Positions 49,021 to 62,956 of a stretch of 64,000 nt of DNA are shown here, piece after piece. The stretch is from Octopus sinensis (taxonomy: Eukaryota), in the NCBI RefSeq assembly GCF_006345805.1, contig NC_043002.1, positions 48,670,001 through 48,734,000 on the forward strand. Direction: 5' to 3'. Numbering within the stretch: position 1 is the stretch's first letter; every line of letters starts with the position of its first letter. The translations under genes and the position numbers were made by a program. The notes below the pieces were generated by a model. That model was not told the DNA's origin. It was given only the letters and a program-made list of their open reading frames with translations, and ran no database searches.

Positions 49021-51739
49021 TTTGTTTCTGTGGATTTGTTCTTATCTAAATCTCTTATTTCAGAGTAGTAGTCTCAAGTTTGCACTAAATTTCCTTATAT
49101 ATGTCAAAAAAAGAAAAAGTTCTTTGGTGGGATTTTCCATATTTTTATTAAACCTTTCAGCTTCTCTTTGCTTTAAAGTATTTTTCAAGTCCTTCTGTTG
49201 CTTTATAGTAGGGTTCTACCTGTATAAGACATTCCATCATATGCAGAGTAGGTATATTCAAGAGAGAGGCAAATATCCGTCGAATGTAAATAATGTAAGG
49301 GCATGGCTGTGTGGTTAGGGAGCTTGCTTCCTAGCTATATGGTTTCGGGTTCAGTCCCACTGCGTGGCACTTTGGGCAGGTGTCTTCCACTATAGCCCCG
49401 AGTCGACCGAAGCTTTGTGATTGAATTCGGTAGGTGGAAGTTACTGCCATGTGTGTATGTGTGCGTAAAGCTGCTCAGTGCCTCTCCGAAAGAGAGAGAG
49501 GGAATTCTTTATCATCACCGGGAGAAACATGAGTAGAAGGATAGTTTCAGAGAGATGTAGTTCTGGGAAGGAATTATTGGGAAAAATTATTTCATACTGG
49601 AGTTTAGAAGAATGAGATATAGGAGAAGGCAGGGCCAGTGTTTGGAAGTGCAAAACCCAATTAGAGAATTGTCAGTGGGACCCCTACTATACAAAAACTG
49701 AAGACCGATGTTTTATGCTTCATATACTATGCTAGTCCCAGCTAAAAAGTGATGGAGAGGTTGAGGCTCAACCATTATCCAAAATGATATACTAGAAATT
49801 GATCATAGTATCATCAGCTCAAGTATGAGCATAGGGCCCTCTCCTGGTGTGGGGCCCAATTTGAGCAAATCTGTTTAATTGCCTCGAAACTGGCTCTAAT
49901 AGGAAAGATCAGCAAATACAGAATGGTAGAGAACATTATAGCTGCAGTAGTGATGTAGCTTGAGTGTGTGCTGCCTGTTTCAAACATATTTATCAATGGG
50001 GAACATGATGTTTTCTTGTTCATTATATCCATTTCAATCAGGTTGACTAGCCACAGTTTAGCTAGTTGATAGGACACAATATAAAATCTTCAAGGAATGA
50101 ATGTCACATAGAACAGACTATAGTAATATATCTCAAAAAAGATTTTTCTTTTTTCTTCTGAATAATATTGTAACTGATTATTATGAACTTATCAGGTTCT
50201 TAAAATGATTATTAATACTTCTGGAAGTTGTATGAAGTTGAGCTGAAAGGTACCAGGAAGGCAACCAGCAAAAATGAATGGTAGTTGAAAGTCTATTTCT
50301 CAGTGGCTCAGTCCATCTGATAGTAAGTGGTAGCACTAAAAGATAAATGTGTGCTGTGCTGGTGTTAGTGTTGAATTTAATTCCTTCTCTTAGTATAGCT
50401 GAGAGGGAGGGAGAGAGGGAAGGAGAGTGAGAGAGAGAGAGAGGCGTTTTTTTTTATTAGATAAACTCCACAAAGAAAAATATCTTCCATAATGTTTCTG
50501 TGACCCAAAAAATTATGGGGAGCTAAAAAATCATTAGAACATTGGGGAAAAAAATTGCCTTATGATATTTGTTCTGATTCTTTATATTCTGAGTTCAAAT
50601 CCCACTGAAGTCAACTTTGTCTTTCATCCTTTAAAGGTTGGCAAAAAAAAAAGTACCAGTCAAGTGCTAGGGACAATGATATCAACTAACACCTTCCCCG
50701 TCAAAATTCCAGGTCTTGTGCTTATAACAGAAACCATTAGTATCAAACATCCTTAATTATTAAAAAGAAAAAGAACAGTTCAGCTGTCGATATTTAAATA
50801 AGACATTAGTTGTCATTTATTCCTAGGTCAGTTCTGAGATGACCTATAGTTAAAGGCAGTACACCTGTGACCAACCTAGCTTTTTTATCCAGGCAGTATA
50901 TCTGATGTGTTCTTATTTGGTTCTTCAAGAGAGTAGGGTATGACTGGAAAGGAAATTGATTGCTGAACTGCAAATTACAGGGATGTAATAGAAACTTCAT
51001 TATCAGTTTGTGGCATGAGCCACTACGGAATCATTGTCGTTAGTAGTCCACCCCATGTCAGCTTTGACTGAACAGACCTGTGATCAAAATGTTCCAGCAT
51101 GACCATCTATTTATGACATGGAGATTACTTATCAAGGAAATATGGTTATTATTTCTAGAAAGTCAAACAATCATGTAGGACCTTCTTCTTTGGTCTCTGG
51201 ACATTGGAAGTGTTCCTTTCAAATAGGTAGAAGCAGAAGTCCATTTCTAAATTTATTAGAAACTATTCCATGGTCAAATGAAAAATTCAATTTCTATTTT
51301 TTTTCTTCTGTTTTGTTCCTTTAACAAGCAATGAAGAAACTACATCAGATAATTATTAAAATCTTGAATTTACATGATATCTCTTTCTGAATAAAATCCA
51401 TGTTCATACATTTAAATTGAATTCTAACTGATGGATGTCCAGCAAGTAAGGAGGTAAAATTAGCAAATTTAAAATATATTGTTTCAAAACAAAATACTGA
51501 ATTTTCCTCAAAGAATCATCTTTCTTTTCTTTTCAGAAAATAAGTTGAACATTCTCTGCTGTTTTTCATATGTCATTGGAAAATATTAAGAAAGACTTTA
51601 CTGTTTCATTGAATAGTCACATGATATAATCTATGTAATAGATAAATTTCATGCACCACATCTTTAGAAAGTGGACCACATACATATTCAAGCCCTAAAT
51701 TTTAGCACAGTATGGCACTAACTATCCAGTCATCTTCTC

Positions 51740-52090
51740 AGCCCACTTTTTTTGGAAGGGTCCAGCCACCTCCTCCATAGGGTTCTATCAGAAACCACCA
51801 TCAATAGACTTACCATTTGGATCCCTAAATGTGACCAATTGAAAAATTGAAGAATCTGTCTTGTGATTCTTTCTTGTAATATGCTAATCCCATGGCTGTA
51901 GTGCTGGAGCTTTTACCTCTCAATACGATGAAGCAGTGGCTTGAACTTAAGAGACTCTTTGATCTTCAAGGTAAGTACCCTGTCAAGTAAAGTTACCCCA
52001 GAGATCCTCCAGAGGAATCTCATTTCGGCCACTAGTATTTGCAATAATACTCTTTTAATCATCATTCAACATTCATGACCATACGTGAGG
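51740..52090 (-). pseudogene. Old RTE C-terminal fragment (different subfamily)
   Basis: Reads LTYGHECWMM...AEMRFLWRISGVTLLDRV. Confidence 0.65.
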
Positions 52091-52819
52091 AAAGACACTG
52101 ACTAAAACTGTTCTATTTTAACATCACAGTTTACACAAGCAAAGCAGATTAGAGCAAATAACAACTGGGTAAACATCAATAAAACATTTCTGTGGAAAAT
52201 AATTTAAATGTTTCTTATTGAGAGGATATGTATCTGATGTATATACTAGAACATAGAACAACACTTAATATTGGGCATGCCCTTTTAATGAAAAAATCTT
52301 TATAACAGCTATTACATTTATTCATTATTTTATTATATTAGTTATTACAGGTTGAATAAAGAGGGTTTTGGCTTCTGGTTGAATAGTTGACATTTTTTTT
52401 TTAATTCTGAAATTGGCTGCTCTGTGACCATGATCAAAATATTTAAATCTCACTGGCCCGCTTGATGTCACTGGGAATACAGTTTACTGCAGGATGGAAT
52501 GAAAGCTGAGTGAAGACAAAGAACATTTTATGTTGGTTTGCTGAATATAAACCTTACTGAGGGCTGTTAAAATTAATGCCTTTGGATATAAGTTAATTTT
52601 AGGCTTAATACTAATCAAAGCAATCTAAATAACATATTCAGGTGAAATAATAGTAATTATGAAATAAAACATGGTTTTTCTAAGTAAACTGCAACTTAAA
52701 CTTATGAGAACTAGGTGGAAAGTGTTTATCACCTGTCACATATTGCTGCCCTCCTGCAACTGTTTTCAGAGCAAGCTTTTTAAAGTGCTACTTTTCAACA
52801 CTTGCTTTGTAACAGTTTT

Positions 52820-53640
52820 TTGGTCTATGATAGTGAATCCTGGACAATAACAGAAACATAGGAGGAAAATTGCTAGACTTTGCTCTCTTTTAACATTTTC
52901 ACATGGAGTAATTTTTTTCTATCAATGAATAAATATATATTCAGTTTAAAAAAAAAAATCAAAAGTGAATTGCAAGAGTGCAAATTTTGGGGGGCGACAA
53001 GTATTTTCCATTCAAAATTAATTTAGATTGGTCTTATCTTAAGAAGCTTAAATATAACACTAGCCACTATTTTGAACAATGAAAATCTAGCTAAAAAGAC
53101 TTATCATCATTGGAAAGCTTACTGAAAGACGTGTATTTCCCAACTTTCTGACATATCACTGGATGCAATATTAGATTTAGTGAAGCTGTTGACCATGACA
53201 GATTCAGAGTCACAAAAACGTTCTCCCTTCCTGACAGCACAAAAAGAGTTTCTTCAAAGCAGTTGTTGAATCAATACTTCTTTATGGCTCTTCAACATGG
53301 ACAATGAACAAGAGACTTAAAAAAAGAAACTTGACTGTACATACATGAGAATACTTCATGCAGTTCTCAATCTTTCTTGACAGAAATAGCCAACAAAGCA
53401 GTGACTGAATGGCAGCCATCACCTTGATAATGAAAGGAAGAAGAACATGTTACACCAGACACTGCTGGAGAAACAAGGATGAAATATCTAGTGTTCCTCT
53501 TCTTTAGAAACCCACACATGAATGTACAGATATCAGTTGAGCATGAAAAGCATATGTCAAATCGTCAAAGGCATTGTGAAATTGAGGATATGAAGACTGC
53601 TATGGAAGATTGGGACATCTATGCAGGAGAGTTGCATTGG
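52820..53640 (+). pseudogene. Old RTE-like 3' fragment
   Basis: Remnants of YxSESWTIT and GHCWRNKDE...EDMKTAMED, followed by an (ATC)n tract. Confidence 0.45.
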
Positions 53641-55138
53641 TCTTGGTAAGTCGCTTGCCCAGATAGACAGATATATGAATTGTCATCATCATTACTATCA
53701 TCATTACAATAAGCACCACTACTGCCATCATCATCATCAACATCAGTAGCATTACCATCTCTATCATCATCATCATCATCATCATCATAATTATTATCAC
53801 TATCATCATCACCATCATTAAGGTGGTGAGCTGGCAGAAATGTTAGCACACTGGGTGGAATGCTTGGCAGTATTTCATCTGTCTTTGTGTTCTGAGTTCA
53901 AATTCCACCAAGGTCGACTTTGCCTTTCATCCTTTCAGGGTCAATAAATTAAGTACCAGTTACGGACTGGGGTCGATGTAATTGACTTAATCCGTTTGTC
54001 TGCCCTTGTTTGTCCTCTCTGTGTTTAGCCCCTTGTGGGTACTAAACAAATAGACAGATAGATAGTTGACCTTGCTGTGGATGCAGACTAATGGTGAATT
54101 CACATTGGCCAAGGGTGAGCAAACAATGGCTCTTATATTGTAGAACACTCTCATAGGAATAGGAAAAGATTTTGACGACAAATATTTCCAATATGGTGAA
54201 AATTACAAACCTTTTTTTTTATCTTATTCACATGAGTTCATATTGTAGAGTTTCTCAAGGAAAAGAACCATCAAAAACCACAACTTTTAATTACATAATT
54301 ACTATAATTTCAGCAAAATATGTTCAAATTGTTTTAATAATAGTAAACATAAAATTATTTGCATGCTTCCCATAGGCAGTAATTTAACCCAACCCATGAG
54401 TGTAAGTTTGAAAATACTTCCACAAAGCTGACTTCTCCCAGATGTACATCATTCAGAGAGAGACAACAGTTAATTTCCCATTGATCAAAAAATTTGCGGA
54501 ACTTGCTGCAGTAATATTAATAGGGTTAGTTAATAACCCATTGACCAATACAGGTGATCAAGAAAAATCAAGCAATTGATTCTTTTCAGTTGCTAAGTAA
54601 TTAACAGTTAATTAGTTGATTGAAATATTTATAGAAAGAAAGAAAAAAAACAAAACCAAAGACTTTTGCATATGCATTAAATAAATTAATTATAACAGTA
54701 ATATTTATCATAAAAAAAAAGAATAATAAAAAATATAAAATGATTTTTAACATATTTTGAAAACTTAAAAAAAAAAAGAAGCATTAAGTGAAGGCAGGAA
54801 GTAATGAATGATAATAAAAAAAGTGGGGACAAGCATAAATCGGAAAAGAACAAGAATTAATTGACAAAATTTCATTAGGGATTTAACAGCAACACAAGAT
54901 GATTCTGATAACTTGGCATGAAGGATCACCTGTTGAGCAATGTACTTTAAAATAACAATATGAAGTCTCAGTATATGACAGATATTTCAAACTTATTCAA
55001 TGAACTATGTAGATTAAATTGATATGTAAGATGTAAGACTTTAATTCTTGTGCGAGCATGTATCTGACTACATACTACAAGTATGTGTGTGTGTGTGTGT
55101 TTGTTTGTTTGTTTGTTTGTGTGTGTATACACACCTAT

Positions 55139-55271
55139 ATATATAATTGTTAAAGTGGACAACAAACATTAAGGCAAGACAAACATCTCGAGTCATACAC
55201 ATTATTATTATAACATATATGACTTGTTTGTCTTGCCTTGATGCTTGTTGTCCTCTTTAACAATTATATAT
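55139..55271. repeat. Inverted repeat with 46-bp arms
   Basis: 55139-55184 versus 55226-55271, 3 mismatches. Confidence 0.9.
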
Positions 55272-55398
55272 CTGCTATATCGGAAATCTACAACGGTTCC
55301 ATAATTCCAATCTCGGCTATAACTTTGGAGCCTTGGTAATCTGTTACAGCACTTACCCATCATAACCTAGTTGTTTAGATCACTTGCGAACTAAACCC

Positions 55399-55432
<34 letters not shown>

Positions 55433-55530
55433 TTAAAATGAGGGTGAGAAATTGGATATTAATTTAATTAACATCAATTTAATACCAGTGGTCTAGCATA
55501 TTAAAATCTGAAAGTTCAGTAAATTGTATT

Positions 55531-55804
55531 ATATACATATGAGAAGGATGATGACTATGTGGACAACCCTTATGCTAGAAGTAGATCTGCTATGGTCTTA
55601 CCACTAAGAAATGTTCTCAAGAAAAATTTAGGAAACACCAGAACGTAAGCAAGCAAGACAAATGAAAAGTAACTTGTTGTGCTCGCTTACGTTCTGGTGT
55701 TTGCTAAATTTTTCTCGAGAACATTTCTTAGTGGTAAGACCATAGCAGATCTACTTCTAGCATAAGTGTTGTCCACATAGTGGTCATCCCTCTCATATGT
55801 ATAT
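55531..55804. repeat. Long palindrome/foldback with 125-bp arms and 24-nt spacer
   Basis: 55531-55655 versus 55680-55804, 7 mismatches by manual alignment. Confidence 0.95.
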
Positions 55805-56724
55805 ATATATATATATATATATATGCATTTTTATGTAAGAATACACACACACATTTAGACATATATAGCCATCTATGTATCATACTTAAATGTAAATACA
55901 CTGCTGAAAGGCCAGTTACTATAGAATTCATCTAAAGATACCATCTCTTATGAACGTGCTGTATTTAACAACATAGTTTTTCAGAGGGAGATGAAAATAA
56001 TCCAAGCAGCAGTTAGTGAGACGGCTGAAAGCACTTTAGCTTCAATGGCATGAACTTACTACCAGCCACATGCTTAGAAAATAATTGTTACCTCTGATGT
56101 AGCAGAAATAGGAAATAAAATATTCACTGTTAATGTGAATACCTGCCCAGGTGAATAAAAATCTATTTTGTAAATTTCTCAAAGTATGTAGTTGACTGTG
56201 AGTACATACAAGGTGCAATGAGGCTGGGATCATTTTTGTCTCCGTCTGATATACATTGTATTTCTAAACACAACACATTCATAAGAAATGTTACTTCTGG
56301 ATGAATACCATGCTTAATCGTTTTTCAATGATGTATTTACATTAAGTATGATATGTATATGGCTATTTTAATTTCAATACTGCTTCTCTTGCATATAATG
56401 GAAAGACATCATCATCATCATTTAATGTCTAGTTTCCGTGCTGGCATGGGTTGGGTGGTTTGACTAGATCCAAGATAGCTATAGGGCTACCCTGAACTCC
56501 AGTATCAGCTTTGGCATAGTTTCTGTGTATGGGTGCCCTCCTTAAACTCCTTAACACAACCGAGTTTTCATTTCATGCAACCAGCACTAGTAAAGTTGCC
56601 AAATAACTTGCAGGATGGGAAAAAATCAGGAAGAAAGGTAAAAACCAAAATGACATACTCACACGTGCATGTGCACATGCACAAACACACACACAGACAC
56701 ACACATTAAGTATATGTATATGGC

Positions 56725-57350
<626 letters not shown>

Positions 57351-57419
57351 GTGTGCATGTGTTTGTATGTCTTTTGTGTTTTTACCTTCCTCCCAGGTTG
57401 AATTGTACAAGTATCTTGG

Positions 57420-57550
57420 AGCCCAAATCTCTGATGAAGCCATATGTATTCTGTGTCACACTGAATCTCCCTAGGAACTACATTAAGGGTGCACATGTCT
57501 GCAGTGTGCTCAGCCACTCACATCTTGATCAGATTAACTGGAACCTTTGT
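57420..57550 (+). mobile_element. SINE family B internal domain and tail fragment
   Basis: CTGAATCTCCCTAGGAACTACATTAAGGGTGCACATGTCTG matches the reverse complement of 60960-61030. Confidence 0.6.
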
Positions 57551-58663
57551 TGTCATAACTGAGTGACAGTACAAGACTTTCCTCTCATTGGGAAAATGGT
57601 CAGTTGCAGAGTTAGCCCTTCTAACTGTTAATGGTAATTAGTTTTAACTGAGTCAACTAGGTAAGGTAAAGTTCCTTCCCTAGTCATAGACTCATTGGGC
57701 CAGTTTCCCTATTTTCCTTGGCAAATATATTCCCCACTTTGATGGGATGTCATTCCATTGCAAGATTACTAATTTTTTCCAGCTGAGTGGAGTAGCTGTT
57801 AAAAAACCGATTATAGCAGCAACTCCAGCTAAGAATATCTACAGAAGGAATATTATTCCGAAATATCATATCAGACTATGGATGACTAAATTACAACAGG
57901 TATATAGCTCATTGTCTATATTATAGTGCATTGTTGTACCATTCAAAACTTTTTATTCTTTACAAACAATACACAATGCTTCAAGCGAACTACAATACTC
58001 TCCTATGAAATGAAGTGTTTTGCTCAAGAATGCAATCTGTCGCCCAATCCAGGAATTGAAAGCACAATCTTACGACCATGAGTCCAACATCCTAGCCACT
58101 AAGCTGCACACCTCCACAACTGAGTCAACTGCAGTAATATGAAATAAAGTATTATGTCCTTGAATGAAATGTACCAACTATCTATTCTGAGATTTGAACC
58201 AATGGCTGTATTATCCTGAGCCTAGTACCCCCATACTGTACTGAATAGTTGATGCAACATAGAGGCCATAGTGAATGAGGCAAAAATTGGATTTAAGGAA
58301 TTTAATTAGGAGGTCCATTTCTCATGTGGAGACTATGTGAAGCAGAATAGCATGAAATTCTTCCAAATCTAAACAGAAACATCTGAAATCTGCAAGTCCA
58401 AAACTTTGTGAGAAAGTGCCAGCCAATAATTGTTATTCTATTAAGTTCATATAACAGTGTGTGTGTGTGTGTGTGTAACTGTCACATTGGCTTGACATCA
58501 TGTGATAATTGCAAGTGAGTGTCACTATCATGCAAGCAGTGTTCTTTATTTCTGATCTTCCATGAAACATGGTACTTGGATACTGATGTGGGTTGGTGAC
58601 AGGAAAGGCATCAACAAATTCTGTCTAACTCATGTGAGCATAGAAAAGGAGACATTTAACTAA

Positions 58664-58695
<32 letters not shown>

Positions 58696-58732
58696 ATAAC
58701 AGATTAATTCTGCTTTAACACAGAATCTCTGC

Positions 58733-58734
<2 letters not shown>

Positions 58735-58764
<30 letters not shown>

Positions 58765-59885
58765 TTAGTGTCCGTTTTCCATGCTAGCATGGGTTGGACG
58801 GTTTAACTGGGGTCTGTGAAGCCGGAAGGCTTCATCAGGCCCAGTCAGATTTGGCAGTGTTTCTACGGCTGGATGCCCTTCCTAACGCCAACCACTCCGT
58901 GAGTGTAGTGGGTGCTTTTTATGTGCCACCTGCACAGGTGCCAGACAGAGCTGGCAACGGCCACGAACGGATGGTGATTTTTTTGTGCCACCGGCACAGG
59001 GGCCAGGCGAGGCTGGCAATGGACACGAACGGATGGTACTTTTACATGCTACCGGCATGGGGGCCAGGCGAGGCTGGCAACGGACACGAGCGGTTGGTGC
59101 TTTTATGTGCCAATGGCACGGGGGCCAGGCGAGGTTGGCAACGGACACGAATGGATGGTGCTTTTACGTGCTACCGGCACGGGGGCCAGGCAAGGCTGGC
59201 AACGGACACGAGCGGATGGTGCTTTTACGTGCCAATGGCACGGGGGCCAGGCGAGGCTGGCAACGGACAAACGATTGGATGGTTCGCTTAACCACAGCTG
59301 CAATTTCCACTGATGTTGATTTGGTTTGATTTTGACTGTTCTCACTGGTCTTGCCGGGTCTTCTCACGCACAGCATACTTCCATAGGTCTCGGTCTCTAG
59401 TCATTTCCTTGGTGAGACCTAAAGTTCGAAGGTCATGCTTCACCACCTCGTCCCAGGTTTTCCTGGGTCTACCTCTTCTACAGGTTCCCTCAACTGCTAG
59501 AGTGTGGCACTTTTGCACACAGCTATCTTCACCCATTCTCGTCACATGCCCATACCAGCGCAGACGTCTCTCTTGCACACCACAACTGATGCTTCTTAGG
59601 TTCAACTTTTCTCTCAAGGTACTTACACTCTGTCGATTATGAACACTGACATTACACATCCATCGGAGCATACTGGCTTCATTTCTTGCGAGCTTACGCA
59701 TTTCCTCAGCAGTCACAGCCCATGTTTCACTACCATGTAGCATGGCTGTACGTACATATGCATCATACAGTCTGCCTTTTACTCTGAGCGAGAGGCCTTT
59801 TGTCACCAGCAGGGGTAAGAGCTCTCTAAACTTTGCCCAGGCTATTCTTACTCTAGCAGTTACACTTTCAGCACATCCACCCCAA
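58735..59885 (-). mobile_element. 5'-truncated RTE LINE with expanded 3' UTR minisatellite
   Basis: ORF 59342-59959 C-terminus is near-identical to that of 45877-47496; about six ~59-bp units at 58920-59275; (GAT)n tail. Confidence 0.92.
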
Positions 59886-60051
59886 AAATTGTTAGATGAT
59901 GATGATGACAATTGAACAGCTTTATTTTGCTTTAACATAGAATCTCTGGTTCCAGTCAAAAGAAATTGGTAGAGGTAAAATATTTCAAATGATTCTAGAA
60001 CATTTGTACTATATTTAAATGAATTCAGACATTAGTATATCAGTATACAGT

Positions 60052-60430
60052 AAGGCAGAGCTGACAGAATTGCTAGCACACTGGGCAAAATGTTTGTGGC
60101 ATCTCTTCCATCTTTACATTCTGAGTTCAAATTCCATCAAAGCCGACTTTGCCTAAGCACCCACTACATTCATGGAGTGGTTGGCATTAGGAAGGGCATC
60201 CAGCTGTAGAAACACTACCAGATCAGACTGGGCCTGGCGCAGCCTTTTGGCTTCCCAGACCCCAGTTGAACCGTCCAACCCATGCTAGCATGGAAAAACG
60301 GACGTTAAACGATGACGATGATGATGATGATGAGGTCGACAAACTAAGTACCAGTTGAACACTGGGGTTGATGTAACTGACTTATCCCCTCCCCCGAAAT
60401 TACTGGCCTTGTGCCAAAATTTGAGACCAA
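60052..60430 (+). mobile_element. SINE interrupted by an RTE 3' end (60155-60333)
   Basis: The SINE core is broken between GACTTTGCCT and GGTCGA by the RTE tail and its (GAT)n. Confidence 0.8.
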
Positions 60431-60734
60431 AATATTAGTATACAGTAAAACATTACATATTTGTGGAAAACTTTGATAGGTTAAATATCAAATGAATTCC
60501 AAAGAAATGTATTGGCAAACAAATATAGTACAAGTGTGTTGGAATCATCTAGAATGTTTTTAACTAATGCATCCCTCATTTAAAATATCACGTACTTCTG
60601 AAGATTTTCTACGAAGCAAAGAGTTAATGCTCAATAAATCTTATAAGAATATACCTGCTCTAATGTAATTTGTATAATTTGTATTAAATCCCCTCATGCA
60701 TATATGCATGCATACATATATTTTTATTGTGACT

Positions 60735-61250
60735 CCATTCAGTCATGAATGACCATGGGATTGCACCTAGAAAGTTACCCTCCCAGGTGCAAGTCCGGGC
60801 AAGGTTGTTTATGGAAGACCAGCAGTCGCCCATGCATACCAGCCTCCACTCTCCATGCCACCACTCTCCATGCCACCAATGTTATCCAAGGGAAAGGCAA
60901 AAGCTGTTACAGCTTGGCACCAGTGACGTCTCAGCTCATTTATTAACGTGCAAATGGCTGAGCCCTCCACAGACACGTGTACCCTTAATGTAGTTCTCGA
61001 GGAGATTCAGCACGACACAGCGTGTGACAAGGCTGGCCCTTTGAAATACAGGTACAACAGAAACAGGAAGAAAGAGTGAGAGAAAGTTGTGGTGAAAGAG
61101 TACAGCAGGGTTCACCACCACCCATTCTGGAGCCTCGTAGAGCTTTAGGTGTTGTTGCTCAATAAACACATACAATGCTCGGTTTGGGAATCGAAACCGC
61201 GATCCTATGACTGCGAGTCCGCTGCCCTAACCACTGAGTCATTGTGCTTC
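60735..61250 (-). mobile_element. Chimeric tRNA-SINE: family B 5' half joined to family A 3' half
   Basis: Junction at ~60941; see finding. Confidence 0.75.
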
Positions 61251-61289
61251 CACACATACATATATACATATATACATGTAAAGATTCCC

Positions 61290-61615
61290 TTTGCTCATGA
61301 ATGACCATGGGATTGCACCTAGAAAGTTACCCTCCGAGGCATAAGTCCGGACATGGTTGTTAATGGATGACTAGCAGTTGTCCATGCATACTAGTCTCCC
61401 CTCTCCATAACGCTGATGTTGTCCAAGAGGGAGGCAAATGCTGATACAGCTTGGCACCAGTGACATTGCAATTCATTTCTACAGCTGAGTGAACTGGAGC
61501 AATGTGAAATAAAGCGTCTTGGTCAAGAACACAACACACAGTATGGTCTGGGAATCAAACTTACTACTTCATAATTGTGAGCTTGACGCTCTAACCACTG
61601 AACCATGCACCTTCA
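61290..61615 (-). mobile_element. tRNA-derived SINE, family A
   Basis: Reverse-complement homology to 11944-12275 over its full length. Confidence 0.85.
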
Positions 61616-61682
61616 CTATCTTCACATAGATACATATGTATATACATATATAGATACATACACATTACATGTGCATGTGTTT

Positions 61683-61731
<49 letters not shown>

Positions 61732-61955
61732 GCATAAATTTCTTTTACTTGTTTCAGTCATTAGACTGCAGCCATGCTGGGGCACTGCCTTGAAGAAGTT
61801 TTAGATAAATGAATCAACCCAAGTACTTATTTTTTTTAAAGCCAGGTACTTATTTTATAAATCTCTTTTGTTGAACTGCTATGTTATGGATGATGTAAAC
61901 ATACCAACAGGTTGTCAAGCAGTGGTGGGGGACAAACACACACACACACATATGC

Positions 61956-62085
<130 letters not shown>

Positions 62086-62729
62086 ATAAGTGTCTATGTA
62101 TAGATGTGAATGTGTTTATTGATATGTAGGTGAGTATATGTATGCATGGGTGCATCTGAATATATGAACATATATTTTTATATATATGCATGTATGTGTG
62201 TACGTGTCTACATGTGAGTGTATGTGTGTGTGTGTGCGTGCATGTGTGTGTGTGTGTGTGTGTGCGTGTATGTGTGTATGTATGGAAGTACTCAGTGATG
62301 TATGACATATTGGTGTGTAAGTGATCGTATAAGTATGAGCTAATGGATGAATGTATATTGCGTAATGGTACAGTTTGGCATGTGCAGAATAACATGTTGA
62401 AACTGAATAAATAAACAGACAACGTGCACATTGCAGCTAATGTCAAACATGATAACACACTCATACCGAGCGAATTGAAACCATCAACATTTGTTAGTTT
62501 CAAAGAAGAAGCCATGGATGTTGTAGCATGGAAATCTAAATTTACTTAGTATCACCTGAGGAGATTTATATAGTTCTTCTTATACAGGTAAATCGTTACA
62601 TAGTTTAATTTAAACTTAACTTTAAATCTTGTATATACGAGGATCTGCATGTAGCAAAACATTTGTAGCGATTAAAAAACTGCCTAACCATACTTACTCT
62701 TCCTTTTGACATTTTTACGTTTTACTTTT

Positions 62730-62792
<63 letters not shown>

Positions 62793-62956
62793 CATACATA
62801 CATACATAAATACATACATACATATATATTTATATATACACAACAGGCCTCTTTCAGTTTCTGTCTACCAAATCCTCTCGAGGCTTTGGTTGGCTATAGT
62901 AGAACACACTTGCCCAAGGTGCCATGCAGTGGGAAGTAAGCTTCTTACCATGCATA

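Noticed and set aside
53600-53849. Poly-Met/poly-Asp ORFs
   Set aside because: They are an (ATC)n/(GAT)n simple repeat, probably a retroposon tail.
54376-54401. Possible 26-nt micro-exon (TTCCCATAG|...|GTAAGT)
   Set aside because: The splice sites look good, but I found no partner exons or recognisable protein in 48-64 kb; such pairs occur by chance in AT-rich DNA.
58794-59376. Repetitive Gly/Ala/Arg ORFs (also 36597-37025, 47423-47968, 35415-35745)
   Set aside because: They arise from the RTE 3' UTR minisatellite; no independent coding signal.
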